From contig OZ223267.1 of NCBI GenBank assembly GCA_965140585.1, positions 192,001 through 256,000 on the forward strand: a stretch of 64,000 bases of DNA, in the 5' to 3' direction. This document shows, in pieces, positions 38,088 to 47,671 of the stretch. The translations under genes were made by a program, and so were the position numbers. Each line of letters begins with the position of its first letter. Within the stretch, counting starts at the first letter, position 1. The notes beneath the pieces were generated by a model. That model searched no databases and had not been told where the DNA came from. It was given only the letters and a program-made list of their open reading frames with translations. The DNA is from Spirochaetia bacterium (lineage in GTDB: Bacteria; Spirochaetota; Spirochaetia; UBA9216).

Positions 38088-38990
38088 CTATTCCCCGTCG
38101 TCCTCATCATCGTCATCATCACTAAGAACATTATCGTTCTCAAAAGCCACTTTCGCGGTAGCACTTGCACCCTGATTTGCATCTAGGAAGAAGTCAACAT
38201 AAAAGTTCTGAATAATCGATTCTGCAGTCGGTGTGCTTCCAACTGTTACTGAGAATGAACTCAAATCGATATCGATGTCCACTGCGCTGATTGTCTCATC
38301 AACAAAAACTGAAGTCGTACCGTCTTCATTTGCAATTGATATGGAGATGGGAATAAGAATCATGTCACCGAGGAAAGATTTATCTCTTGCATCTGCAAGC
38401 TGCTTTACGGATGATGGGCGTGTTTCCGTTTCTGCAACAAGTGATGAGGAATCTGTATCATACCATTTAAATACACCGCCGTCTGCTATAAGCAGATCCC
38501 CTTTCTGGTAGGGCGCCACATTCCCGCCGGATACTCTCACTGTGTATTCGCTTGAGTCATAGGTAAAAGTAAAATCATAGTATTTTCCGTACAGGGCGAT
38601 AGCGCTTGAATCACCGCCGCTCCCCTGAAGATCTCCGGCATTATGCGACCATTCCACCGGTACACTCAGATCAAACTCCTCAAACAGACAGCCTTCTATG
38701 GCTACCGGCCCGCGTTCTTCATTTGCTGTATAGACGGTGTATGCATAGGGTTCTCCGTCTACGGGAAACAAAACAGCATTCATCTGCCCGCTGATATTTG
38801 TAAGCACTGGCGGATCGGGCGGTGCCGCAGCCCTTGATAGTCTTGCCCCTGTTTCCAGATCACTGCTGTGAAGTATTGTCAGAATAGGATAATCCAAATC
38901 CTGCTCTTCTTCACATGAAATTAGGATTATTGATATAAGTATCAGCAGCACTGCTATAAATCTCTTTTTATTCAATTTGTCCCTCCGCAT
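38088..38990 (-). CDS. hypothetical lipoprotein with acidic tail
   Basis: Basic N-terminus, hydrophobic core, ILISC lipobox; ends SDDDDDEDDGE. Confidence 0.7.
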   Translation of the reverse strand: MRRDKLNKKRFIAVLLILISIILISCEEEQDLDYPILTILHSSDLETGARLSRAAAPPDPPVLTNISGQMNAVLFPVDGEPYAYTVYTANEERGPVAIEGCLFEEFDLSVPVEWSHNAGDLQGSGGDSSAIALYGKYYDFTFTYDSSEYTVRVSGGNVAPYQKGDLLIADGGVFKWYDTDSSSLVAETETRPSSVKQLADARDKSFLGDMILIPISISIANEDGTTSVFVDETISAVDIDIDLSSFSVTVGSTPTAESIIQNFYVDFFLDANQGASATAKVAFENDNVLSDDDDDEDDGE

Positions 38991-39020
38991 ACGATTTTCT
39001 TTATTTTAATAAAGAAAATT

Positions 39021-40763
39021 TCAGACCACAAGCATAAAAAGCCATCCTGCCATGACGGCAAGACCGATTGAAAATGAGATGAAAAGACCGCTGTAGCTGC
39101 GTGGACGGTCTCTGATGATTCTAAGGACTGATTTGCCCGGTGCCGTTTTAAACAGCAGATATATTATTAATCCGCATATGAGTATTATTCCTGTTTTTAT
39201 CAGGCTGTCTGTAGAATATAGTGTAGGCGGGATGACTTTTACCTTGGCATCGATGCCTGCAGGGTTGAGAAGATGCCCTACGAGAACTGAAAGATACGGG
39301 GCTGCAATTCCGGCTGCAAGGCAGAGGAGTGAAAGAAAAAACTGTGCAATTTCAGCAGTGGGACTTATACGTTTTCCCGATGGTTCAAACTTTTCAACAA
39401 TCTCCTTCCTCCCGGCGGGCAGAAAGATTCTTGAAAGCTTGATAAATGAAGCAATGGTTCCGATGCTTGCGATAGTAAGAATTGTGTATTCCCATCTTCC
39501 TTTAAGGCCGTACAGGAGAGCCGACTTGCTGGCAAATCCGTTTAAAGGCGGAATAGCGGAAATTGCCATAGCGGCAAGGAAAAAGGCAACGGCTGTATAC
39601 GGTAAACGTTCTCCGGCTTTTTTCAGAAGAGCCGCCCCGTTTCTAAGTTTATATACATCACGCTCACCGGTGAGATCCGTCAGACTTCCTACTGTGAGAA
39701 AGAGGGCTCCCTTGAACATTGCATGATACATGGCGTGAAGAAAAGCCGCTGTCATCAGTACCAGCCCAGCCTGACTGTGCAGCCCAATACTTACAGCCGC
39801 TCCCCATGCACAGACTATATAGCCGATCTGACTGATGGAATGATAGGCAAGCAGGCGTTTCGCATCTTTCTGTGAAAGAGCAATTATAACCGCAGCAAGG
39901 GCTGTGATTCCGCCGGCATAGCCAAGCAGCCTGCCGGCTGCTGCACCGAAGGGGAGTATAAGCAGAATTCTTGAAAGGGCAAAAAGCGGAGTTTTTATAA
40001 GTACTCCCGACAGAACTGCAGAAACTGCGTGCGGTGCCATTGCATGGGCATCCGGCAGCCATCCGTAGAGGGGCAGAACTGCAACCCTCAATGCAACGGC
40101 TGCAACAACCAGTGCCAGAGAAAGTGCCGCTGTTGTCCCTCCGTTGTTTTCAAGAACTGAAAGACCTGTAGCTATACCTTCATAGGAGAGGGCGCCTGTC
40201 AGCCGGTAGAATCCGTAGAGTCCTGCCAGAAAGAATATCATTGCGGTGGCGCTCACCATCAGATAGGAAAATGCTGCAAGGTAGGCTCCCTTTTTCTCTG
40301 AAAAGGTAACCAGTATGTATGAGGCTATTCCCATAACTTCCAGACAGACAAAAAGGTTGAACATATCAGCTGTTATAGCAGTGGCTGTCAGAGCCGCTGT
40401 CTGAATTAGAAATATTGAGGTGAATTTAGGCCCCTTTGGACCGGCTCCTGCTGAATAGAGCCAGGCAGGCATCGCAACCGAGTATCCAAGAAAAATAACA
40501 AGCCATGCCAGGCCGTCAAACTTGTAGGTTATTCCGACACCGGAATGCCAGTCTCCGATTATACCTGAATAAATCTCTCCCCGCATCAGCCAGGGCAGTA
40601 TCGAAAACAGTATCAGCCATGGAAGGAGCAGGCCGATTGCTGCTCCAAGATATTCAAGAATTTTCTGCTGCCGGTTTTTAAAGAAGGCTTTTGAGCAGAA
40701 GACTACTGCAGCCCCGAAAAGAGGAAGCAGAACAGGCAGGAAAATCAGATCTGAAGCACTCAT
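39021..40763 (-). CDS. mrpD: Mrp/Mnh antiporter subunit D (NuoL/M/N-like)
   Basis: DMFNLFVCLE, WLPDAHAMAP, KRLLAYHSISQIGY, PPLNGFASK. Confidence 0.88.
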   Translation of the reverse strand: MSASDLIFLPVLLPLFGAAVVFCSKAFFKNRQQKILEYLGAAIGLLLPWLILFSILPWLMRGEIYSGIIGDWHSGVGITYKFDGLAWLVIFLGYSVAMPAWLYSAGAGPKGPKFTSIFLIQTAALTATAITADMFNLFVCLEVMGIASYILVTFSEKKGAYLAAFSYLMVSATAMIFFLAGLYGFYRLTGALSYEGIATGLSVLENNGGTTAALSLALVVAAVALRVAVLPLYGWLPDAHAMAPHAVSAVLSGVLIKTPLFALSRILLILPFGAAAGRLLGYAGGITALAAVIIALSQKDAKRLLAYHSISQIGYIVCAWGAAVSIGLHSQAGLVLMTAAFLHAMYHAMFKGALFLTVGSLTDLTGERDVYKLRNGAALLKKAGERLPYTAVAFFLAAMAISAIPPLNGFASKSALLYGLKGRWEYTILTIASIGTIASFIKLSRIFLPAGRKEIVEKFEPSGKRISPTAEIAQFFLSLLCLAAGIAAPYLSVLVGHLLNPAGIDAKVKVIPPTLYSTDSLIKTGIILICGLIIYLLFKTAPGKSVLRIIRDRPRSYSGLFISFSIGLAVMAGWLFMLVV

Positions 40764-41104
40764 TTTGAGTCCCTGTTTATTTTTCTGCGGATTTCATCTA
40801 TATCGAAGGTTCCTGTTGAATTAAAAAGCCGGTAGGCTATAGAGAGGGCAAGGGCAGTAACACAGACTCCGATTACTATAGCAGTTAACATAAGGGCCTG
40901 GGGTACCGGGTCAACTATTGAGTTTATACCCTCACTCAGTATGGGTGCACTATCTCCAATTAGCGCGCCTTCCTTTACAAAGAGGATTACTATTGTGCTG
41001 TTAAGTATGCATAATCCGAAGATTTTTTTAATAATATTCTTCTTTCCTACAACTCCGTAAAATCCCGTAAGAAACAGAACCAGCAGCAGAATACGGTCTA
41101 ACAT
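40760..41104 (-). CDS. mrpC: Mrp subunit C
   Basis: DPVPQALMLTAIVIG. Confidence 0.92.
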   Translation of the reverse strand: MLDRILLLVLFLTGFYGVVGKKNIIKKIFGLCILNSTIVILFVKEGALIGDSAPILSEGINSIVDPVPQALMLTAIVIGVCVTALALSIAYRLFNSTGTFDIDEIRRKINRDSK

Positions 41105-41868
41105 GCTTCAAAGTCTCCCATCATGGCCACACTCATGTAGGCAAGTCCGGAACCTACTTTTAGGCCTATTACCGCATTCAGCAGTATGATAAACCCTACC
41201 TGCGGAATTTCCGTGCCTCTGAAAGGATTTGCAAAAAAGCCTATCCCTGTAATAATCCCGGCGCCTGAGGCAATTACAAATAAAAGAAAAGACAGGGCTT
41301 CTATCCGGTTCAGGATATCGGCTCTTGCCAGCAGATTGCTGTAATTGCCTCTGGCCCCCAGTGTTATAAATATTATTCCTGAAGCAATTACAACTCCGCC
41401 CTGAAAGCCTCCGCCTGGCGACATATGTCCGAAGAGGATTACATAGAGTCCGAAAATCAGCACTATTGGTCCCAGCTTTCCTGTCACAACTTCCATAAGC
41501 ACAGTACGCTTGCGGGTCAGAAATACCGGTTTTTTCCCGGCTGCCGCCGCCCTGTTGGCAGCGTCATCCCTGCAGTACTCCGGATCGATGTTTTTACCGG
41601 TATAGGCAATCATTCCAATGGTTCCGCTGATTGCTACCAGAAGAACAATGGTCTCACCAAGTGTATCGTATGCTCTGTATCCAAGATATATAGAGCTCAC
41701 AATGTTAACCGCGCCGGTTTCTTCATGTCCGCTCTGCTCCAGATAATCCCTGATTTTTACCGGCCAGCCGGAGTTTTCCATAAAAACCGGCAGCAGTACA
41801 GAAGTCACTAATAATAACGGAAGTAGAATCTGAATAATTCCAAAAACGGTTCTTGTTCCAGTTTTCAT
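41098..41868 (-). CDS. mrpB: Mrp subunit B (MbhE+MbhF-like fusion)
   Basis: NIVSSIYLGYRAYDTLGE and GHMSPGGGFQGG. Confidence 0.9.
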   Translation of the reverse strand: MKTGTRTVFGIIQILLPLLLVTSVLLPVFMENSGWPVKIRDYLEQSGHEETGAVNIVSSIYLGYRAYDTLGETIVLLVAISGTIGMIAYTGKNIDPEYCRDDAANRAAAAGKKPVFLTRKRTVLMEVVTGKLGPIVLIFGLYVILFGHMSPGGGFQGGVVIASGIIFITLGARGNYSNLLARADILNRIEALSFLLFVIASGAGIITGIGFFANPFRGTEIPQVGFIILLNAVIGLKVGSGLAYMSVAMMGDFEAC

Positions 41869-42101
41869 CAGCTTTTATCCCATTTATCAGTGACCTTTAT
41901 GGCCCAGACAAAGATGATGGTTGATATTCCTGCTCCCACTGCAGCCTCTGTAATTGCTACATCAGGAGCCTTTAAAAGATAGAACAGCATGGATGAGATC
42001 AGACTGAAGGCGGAAAGTGCAAGTATTCCATGCAGGAGATTCCGGCTTGTAAGGATATATACAGCCAGAATTATAAGCATAAGTATCATTATCCTAATCA
42101 T
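41868..42101 (-). CDS. DUF4040/MbhD-like small subunit
   Basis: APDVAITEAAVGAG. Confidence 0.85.
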   Translation of the reverse strand: MIRIMILMLIILAVYILTSRNLLHGILALSAFSLISSMLFYLLKAPDVAITEAAVGAGISTIIFVWAIKVTDKWDKS

Positions 42102-42423
42102 TACTGTTCCCTTTGTTTTTGGGAGGTTTCTGACCCGAAACACCTGAGTTCCAGATAAATCTTGCGACTATATGTGAGCTGGTAGGGGATGATACCATGA
42201 AAAAAGCGGCAATTATCAGAACCCGTGCGGCAATTGCCCAACCCGGTGAGAGGGCGAGTGCTCCTATCATGATTGAAAATACTGCAGTTGTGCCGCAGAG
42301 CGAACCTGCCTGCAGTCTCTGGTAGGAGTCTTTAAAACGGAACAGTCCGATAAGTCCGGCTGTTCCGAATATCACGGCACTCAGGAAAGCCGCTGCTGCA
42401 ATGATATCAAGAGCAAGTCTCAT
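42094..42423 (-). CDS. mrpG: Mrp subunit G
   Basis: GLFRFKDSYQRLQA, SPTSSH. Confidence 0.88.
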   Translation of the reverse strand: MRLALDIIAAAAFLSAVIFGTAGLIGLFRFKDSYQRLQAGSLCGTTAVFSIMIGALALSPGWAIAARVLIIAAFFMVSSPTSSHIVARFIWNSGVSGQKPPKNKGNSND

Positions 42424-42704
42424 CAGCTTCCGTCTCCATCACCTGAGAATTTATCCTTAAGAAAGCGTGCGATGGCAAGGAATCCCAGAAATCCGAATAT
42501 ATCATATACCAGGGCAACATCAAGATAGAGAGCCCGGCCTTCGCTTACACCCCGTGTAATCAGAAAAGCCAACACAACTCCGGACAGAATATTCAGGGCT
42601 ACAAGCCTGTCTGACGAGGTCGGGCCGGAGATCATCCGTATAATGCAGACCAGAGCGCATAAAAGCAGAAACCACTTCATTCCCTCAAGCAGAAGCATAC
42701 GCAT
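42423..42704 (-). CDS. mrpF: Mrp subunit F
   Basis: GPTSSDRLVA, YLDVALV. Confidence 0.88.
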   Translation of the reverse strand: MRMLLLEGMKWFLLLCALVCIIRMISGPTSSDRLVALNILSGVVLAFLITRGVSEGRALYLDVALVYDIFGFLGFLAIARFLKDKFSGDGDGS

Positions 42705-42710
42705 GACAGC

Positions 42711-43250
42711 CTACCTCCAGACCCGGCTAAGCATTGTTTCCATCCGACCCTTAACTGTATCTCCGGCTACCTTTGAGTGGTGGGTGTTGCAGAACATCCA
42801 GTGAACTGTGAGATGGTCGTCGTTTAAATCAAGTGTGATTGTTCCTGGAGTAAAGGTGATTGAATTGGAGAGTATCATTCTGGCAAGATCCGACCGGAGT
42901 CTTGTTTTAAAGTGAACTATCTTAGGTGAAATTTTTCCCGAGAATACAGCAGGAAGCATTCTCACACTTGATGCATACATAGCGTATATAATGTAGAAAA
43001 GAAATAAAGCAAGACGGAAGGGGCTCAGAAAAAAAAGGCTTCTTGATACCTCGTGTTCAGCTATGAACACTCCATAGGTGAGCCAGGAAATGAGTATCGA
43101 CCCGGCAAGTCCTGCAATAATTGAATAAAGGTTCCATGTGAAAGAGAATAGCAGCCAGACTGCGAAAAGTGCGGCAGCAGTGAGCAGGAAACGGAGTAGT
43201 TTCCATAGCCGCTTTGCTGATTCTGAACTCAGTCTGCTTTTATCAGCCAC
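42711..43250 (-). CDS. mrpE: Mrp subunit E
   Basis: SNSITFTPGTIT, LTVH. Confidence 0.9.
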   Translation of the reverse strand: MADKSRLSSESAKRLWKLLRFLLTAAALFAVWLLFSFTWNLYSIIAGLAGSILISWLTYGVFIAEHEVSRSLFFLSPFRLALFLFYIIYAMYASSVRMLPAVFSGKISPKIVHFKTRLRSDLARMILSNSITFTPGTITLDLNDDHLTVHWMFCNTHHSKVAGDTVKGRMETMLSRVWR

Positions 43251-43256
43251 CGGTTA

Positions 43257-43715
43257 TTATCCTTCTTCTGAAATGAATGCTGATAAAAGTTCTTCAGGCG
43301 AGGCGGAGGAACTCAGACTGTTTCTGAAATCTTCGTTATGCAGCAGTCTTGCAGTTTTTGAAAGAAGTTTCAGATGAGTTCGGACCCCTGATTTCGGTCC
43401 AATCATCATAAGTACAATTGTAACCGGTTCCCCGTCAGGCGATGAAAAATCAATTCCTCCGGGGATTACTGCAGCAGCCATTGCTGTTCTGTCCGTACAT
43501 TCTGTCAATGCATGAGGGACCGCACATCCTGAACCTATGGCAGTAACCGATATATCCTCACGGGCCAGAACCTCTGTAAAAAGTCCTTCATGATCCTCAA
43601 TCTTCAGAAATTCAGCAAGCCTCTGTGTCATAAGCCTTAGCAGATCCTCTTTTGTCCGAGCTGGAGGGTTGATAAAAATACAGTCGGGAGATATCAGCGG
43701 ATAAATTTTAATCAT
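43257..43715 (-). CDS. PTS EIIA (Ntr/fructose-type) domain protein
   Basis: ARE...TAIGSGCAVPHA phospho-His motif, IDFSSPDG, HLKLLS. Confidence 0.9.
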   Translation of the reverse strand: MIKIYPLISPDCIFINPPARTKEDLLRLMTQRLAEFLKIEDHEGLFTEVLAREDISVTAIGSGCAVPHALTECTDRTAMAAAVIPGGIDFSSPDGEPVTIVLMMIGPKSGVRTHLKLLSKTARLLHNEDFRNSLSSSASPEELLSAFISEEG

Positions 43716-43717
43716 AT

Positions 43718-44080
43718 TCAGGACTCCTCATCGAATTCTATCAACCCGGCAGCCCAGTCTATAGGCAGCGTAAACATTATTCCGGTGCCGGGGTTTTTCA
43801 GTCCCCCGACAACTTCATCAATCAGCACTCTGACACGTTTTATAACCTCATCATCGGTAACCACCGAAATGATGGTTTTGTTATAGGGTTTATTGCCTTT
43901 CATGAATTCCTTGAATCCGGCAAACAGAGGAACCTCATAGGCAAGAAACCTGCCCATCCCCTCTGAGTCAAACATGGTTGCTCCGTCAATACCGGCTTCC
44001 ACATAAGCTTCAAGCACCTCTTCGAGCAGTTCTTCTTTGTTCAGAATAAAAATGAGCAGTTTCATTAATTTATTATTCAC
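43718..44080 (-). CDS. PII-like signalling protein
   Basis: GATMFDSEGMG and PGTGIMFTLPI, PII-superfamily pattern. Confidence 0.75.
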   Translation of the reverse strand: MNNKLMKLLIFILNKEELLEEVLEAYVEAGIDGATMFDSEGMGRFLAYEVPLFAGFKEFMKGNKPYNKTIISVVTDDEVIKRVRVLIDEVVGGLKNPGTGIMFTLPIDWAAGLIEFDEES

Positions 44081-44106
44081 CTAAAAGTAAGTTTCTGTCA
44101 AATTCC

Positions 44107-44661
44107 TTAGCTGATTAAAGCTACAGTTCCTTTTTTCTTTCTTTCACCAAGCATAAATTTATTTTCCGCTGCAGGGTAGCCTATAATTACTGCACAGATA
44201 ACCCTGTCGTTTTCGGGAATCCCGGCTTCTTTTTTGAGCTCTGCATTTTCAGGACTGTTTAAAATCATGGACGGAGATGCAAGAAAGCATGATCCCAGAC
44301 CAAGACCTGTAGCTTCAAGCAGCATGTTCTCTGCAGATAATGCTGTATTTACTGCAGTGTAGGGTGCCTCCTGCGGTCCTGAAAGAAGTATCAGTACTGG
44401 TGCACTGTACAGCGGCTGGTAACCGGGGAGTGCCGCCCTCTGTCTGAGGAATTCCCTTTCGGATTTTAACATTTTCTCGTAGGTAAGGTTATTTATCTTC
44501 TCAAGCAGCTCGGGGTTTGTAATTGCTGAGATATGAAAGTCACCGGCTACCGGTCCCCACTGTCCTGCTTCAAGAACCTGGTTGATAATATCCTCAGGAA
44601 CTGTCTTCTCAATATAAGCTCTGGTACTTTTTCGTGCTCTTACTGCTTCTGTAATTGTCAT
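44107..44661 (-). CDS. nitroreductase family protein
   Basis: RKSTRAY, ENMLLEATGLGLGSC, IGYP. Confidence 0.9.
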   Translation of the reverse strand: MTITEAVRARKSTRAYIEKTVPEDIINQVLEAGQWGPVAGDFHISAITNPELLEKINNLTYEKMLKSEREFLRQRAALPGYQPLYSAPVLILLSGPQEAPYTAVNTALSAENMLLEATGLGLGSCFLASPSMILNSPENAELKKEAGIPENDRVICAVIIGYPAAENKFMLGERKKKGTVALIS

Positions 44662-44788
44662 ATGAATTCCTTTATTTTAATTTGATTCTTAATTTTATAC
44701 CTCCTCAATTAAAGCATAAAAGCATATCCGTCTACAATAAATAAAACAAAATCATTGATAAAAATATTATTAGAATATACGATGCGGC

Positions 44789-45529
44789 ATGAACAGAAAA
44801 ACATTGATTATAATGAGCTCAGCGCTTATTGCGTCCTCGGTATGCATGTTTGCAATCCATCTTCTGATTTTCAGAGATCTGCATCACATAATGATCTATA
44901 CCATTCATGATATTGCGTTTCTGCCTATTGAAGTTCTTATAGTAAGCCTTTTTTTTCATAGAATTATTGAATCCGTGCAGAAGAAGAACATGCTTGAGAA
45001 GATGAACATGGCAGTAGGCCTTTTTTTCAGTGAGGGCGGAACTGAACTTCTGACCATGATAGTAGCAATGGATAAGGATGCAGATGAAATAAGCAGTGAA
45101 CTTATAGTTGCTCCTCAATGGAAAAAGAAAGAGTATGAGACAGCTTTGAAGCGGGTTGAGAAACTCGAAGGTGATCTGCAGATTACTCCGGATATACTTC
45201 TTGAGATAAGGGAGCTTCTTAATTCAAGGAGGGAATTCCTGCTTTCGCTTCTTGGTAATCCTAATCTGATTGAGCATGAAACCTTTACTGATATGGTTCT
45301 TGCTGTTTTTCACCTATCGGAGGAACTTGCCGCACGGGATGATTTATATTTTCTTCCTGAGAGCGATCTCAGACATCTTGATATTGATATAATGAGAGCC
45401 TACAAACTGCTGGTAAAAGAATGGCTGCGTTATATGGAAAATATACAGAGGAATTATCCCTATCTGTTCTCTATGGCTGTGAGAACCAATCCGCTTAAGA
45501 AAAATCCGGATCCTGTATTCAGGCAGTAA
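44789..45529 (+). CDS. hypothetical membrane protein (2 N-terminal TM)
   Basis: DIAFLPIEVL, FFSEGG, NPNLIEHETFTD, YPYLFS; TTGATA-17-TACGAT directly upstream. Confidence 0.75.
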   Translation: MNRKTLIIMSSALIASSVCMFAIHLLIFRDLHHIMIYTIHDIAFLPIEVLIVSLFFHRIIESVQKKNMLEKMNMAVGLFFSEGGTELLTMIVAMDKDADEISSELIVAPQWKKKEYETALKRVEKLEGDLQITPDILLEIRELLNSRREFLLSLLGNPNLIEHETFTDMVLAVFHLSEELAARDDLYFLPESDLRHLDIDIMRAYKLLVKEWLRYMENIQRNYPYLFSMAVRTNPLKKNPDPVFRQ

Positions 45530-46679
45530 AATCTTCCGGCAGCGGAGCAGGGAGCTCAAAGCTGCTTTCCATTTCATAAAACCGATGTGTTTTTGCCGAT
45601 TCAAGCATCTTTATCATTACTTCCAGAGCGTGAAAAGCCATCTTTCCGCTTGCTCTGGGAGTGCGCTTATCCCTGATTGCATAAGCCATATCCACAAGAC
45701 CGATACCCCGGCTGTTTTTTGCATGTGATGTAGAGTCGAAGGGTTTATTCACAGGCACGTTTATCCATGGTTCGGGGTTCTCATCGCGCGGAAACCCGAA
45801 CCACCGGTATTCCTTCTGTGTTTTTAAAAAAACTTCACCGCCGAAGATGTTAGGACCGTCAAGAGGATCAGGATCTTTCATACAGATGGTTCCTTTTGTC
45901 CCGTAAATTTCAATCCGCGGCATTTCAGAATCCCAGACATCAAAGCTGGTGATTACAGAAGCTATTGCACCGCTTGCAAATTCAAGGTTACCCAGAATAT
46001 GAGTATCAACCTCTACTTCAAGCATCTCTCCTCTGTAGGGACCTCCGAGAATCTCTCTGCGGTCGAATGATTTTTTTGCCATTGCACTGCAGCGTTTTAC
46101 AGGCCCCATCAGCGACATTAATGCTGTCAGATAATACGGGCCCATATCAAGAAGAGGGCCGGCACCTTCTTTGAAATAGAAAAAGGGGCTGTTGTGGAAG
46201 GTGTCAATGCCATGATAGAGACAGTAGGCTCCGGCACCGATGATATCGCCGATTTTACCCTGATCGATTATTTCCCGGCAGGTCTGAAGTCTTGCTCCCA
46301 GGAAAGTGTCAGGTGCACATCCAACGTACAAGCCCTTTTCTTCGGCCAGCCGCATGGTTTCACGTGCACCTTCGAGGTCGGTTCCAAGCGGCTTTTCACT
46401 GTAGATATGTTTGCCTGCTTCCAGCGCTGCATTATTGATCCCGCTGTGAGCTCCGGGGACTGTAAGATTTAAAACTATATCAATATCCGCATCATTTATC
46501 AGATCGATGGCCGAGCCGCAAGCTCTGGGAATACCCAGTTCGGCTGCTCTTTTTTCAGCTTTTTCCTTGCTTCTTGCTGCACAGGCCAGAACATTTACTA
46601 TGTCATACTGTTTAAGGTTGTTGATATACTTATCACTGATATCTCCAACACCGATTACACCTACATTATATTTATTCAT
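45519..46679 (-). CDS. Gfo/Idh/MocA oxidoreductase
   Basis: GVIGVGDIS, GKHIYSEKP, GAGPLLDMGPY. Confidence 0.92.
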   Translation of the reverse strand: MNKYNVGVIGVGDISDKYINNLKQYDIVNVLACAARSKEKAEKRAAELGIPRACGSAIDLINDADIDIVLNLTVPGAHSGINNAALEAGKHIYSEKPLGTDLEGARETMRLAEEKGLYVGCAPDTFLGARLQTCREIIDQGKIGDIIGAGAYCLYHGIDTFHNSPFFYFKEGAGPLLDMGPYYLTALMSLMGPVKRCSAMAKKSFDRREILGGPYRGEMLEVEVDTHILGNLEFASGAIASVITSFDVWDSEMPRIEIYGTKGTICMKDPDPLDGPNIFGGEVFLKTQKEYRWFGFPRDENPEPWINVPVNKPFDSTSHAKNSRGIGLVDMAYAIRDKRTPRASGKMAFHALEVMIKMLESAKTHRFYEMESSFELPAPLPEDFTA

Positions 46680-46749
46680 CGTAACTCCTTCTGAAAATGA
46701 TGAATGCTGTTATATCCAATCATATATCCCGAAGGGGGCTGAACACAAA

Positions 46750-47610
46750 TTATTTCCGGTATTTTTTCAGTCTTATGAGTTCGATATGCGGATCTGCGAA
46801 GAATCTTACCGGCATTCCTGATACGCCGATTCCGTTTGAAACAATCAGCCGGTTGATATCGCTGGAATAGCTGCCTCTCCAGTATTCATGGTTCTGAAGC
46901 GGCAGTACAGGTGCATACAGCCCAAAAAAGGTTATCTGGCCGCCGTGTGAATGCCCCGAAAGCATCAGGTCAACCCGCATATCATTTCTTACTATTGAAT
47001 ATATCTCAGGTGAATGTGAAAGCAGAATACAGAACTCCTCATTTTTCACATCGTTTAAGGCCAGCTGTATTTCCGGAAAATCTGTGTAATAATCCGCCAG
47101 ACCTGCAACCGTTAATTTCTGTCCCCCTATTTGAAACTCCGCAGTACTGTTGTCCAGTACCGTGAACCCCAAAGATTCAAGTTTGCCACGGACATCATAG
47201 GGGGAAACAAAATTATCATGATTTCCTAAAACTGCAGCGTTATTTAAATCAGCAAGCGGAGCCAGCTTTTCAAGCGCAGAGTCAAAGTCTTCTGTATGTC
47301 CGTCAATATAGTCTCCGCCAAGCAGCAATATATCCGGTTTAAGTGCCAGAACTTTTTTCACAGTTTCTGTGAAATAGCTTTCGGGAAGAAGTCGGCTGAT
47401 ATGAAGATCGGATATAAAAACAATACGAATTTCCTCTGATTCTTCCGGTAAATCTTCAGCATAAACAGTTGATTTTTTTACTGTGAGAATGGTTGCGCAG
47501 CCTGAAAAAATCAGGAGGAATATTGCTGTTAAAATGAACTTCAGGATGACTGATTTTTTAATGTAAGTTGTCACGTTTCTATAGATAACATAAAACAGCT
47601 TCAGTTTCAT
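46750..47610 (-). CDS. metallophosphoesterase (YkuE-like), probable lipoprotein
   Basis: SDLH, GGDY, GNHD, SHSP, GHSHGGQ; IFSGC lipobox; start uncertain. Confidence 0.9.
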   Translation of the reverse strand: MKLKLFYVIYRNVTTYIKKSVILKFILTAIFLLIFSGCATILTVKKSTVYAEDLPEESEEIRIVFISDLHISRLLPESYFTETVKKVLALKPDILLLGGDYIDGHTEDFDSALEKLAPLADLNNAAVLGNHDNFVSPYDVRGKLESLGFTVLDNSTAEFQIGGQKLTVAGLADYYTDFPEIQLALNDVKNEEFCILLSHSPEIYSIVRNDMRVDLMLSGHSHGGQITFFGLYAPVLPLQNHEYWRGSYSSDINRLIVSNGIGVSGMPVRFFADPHIELIRLKKYRK

Positions 47611-47671
47611 TACAATAAACGATTTTTATGGCGAAGCTGCGGCTTTTCTGATAAAATACCTCTCATTATCT

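Noticed and set aside
39021-43250. Membrane-bound hydrogenase (Mbh) or complex I
   Set aside because: No NiFe, NuoH-like or Fe-S subunits in the operon
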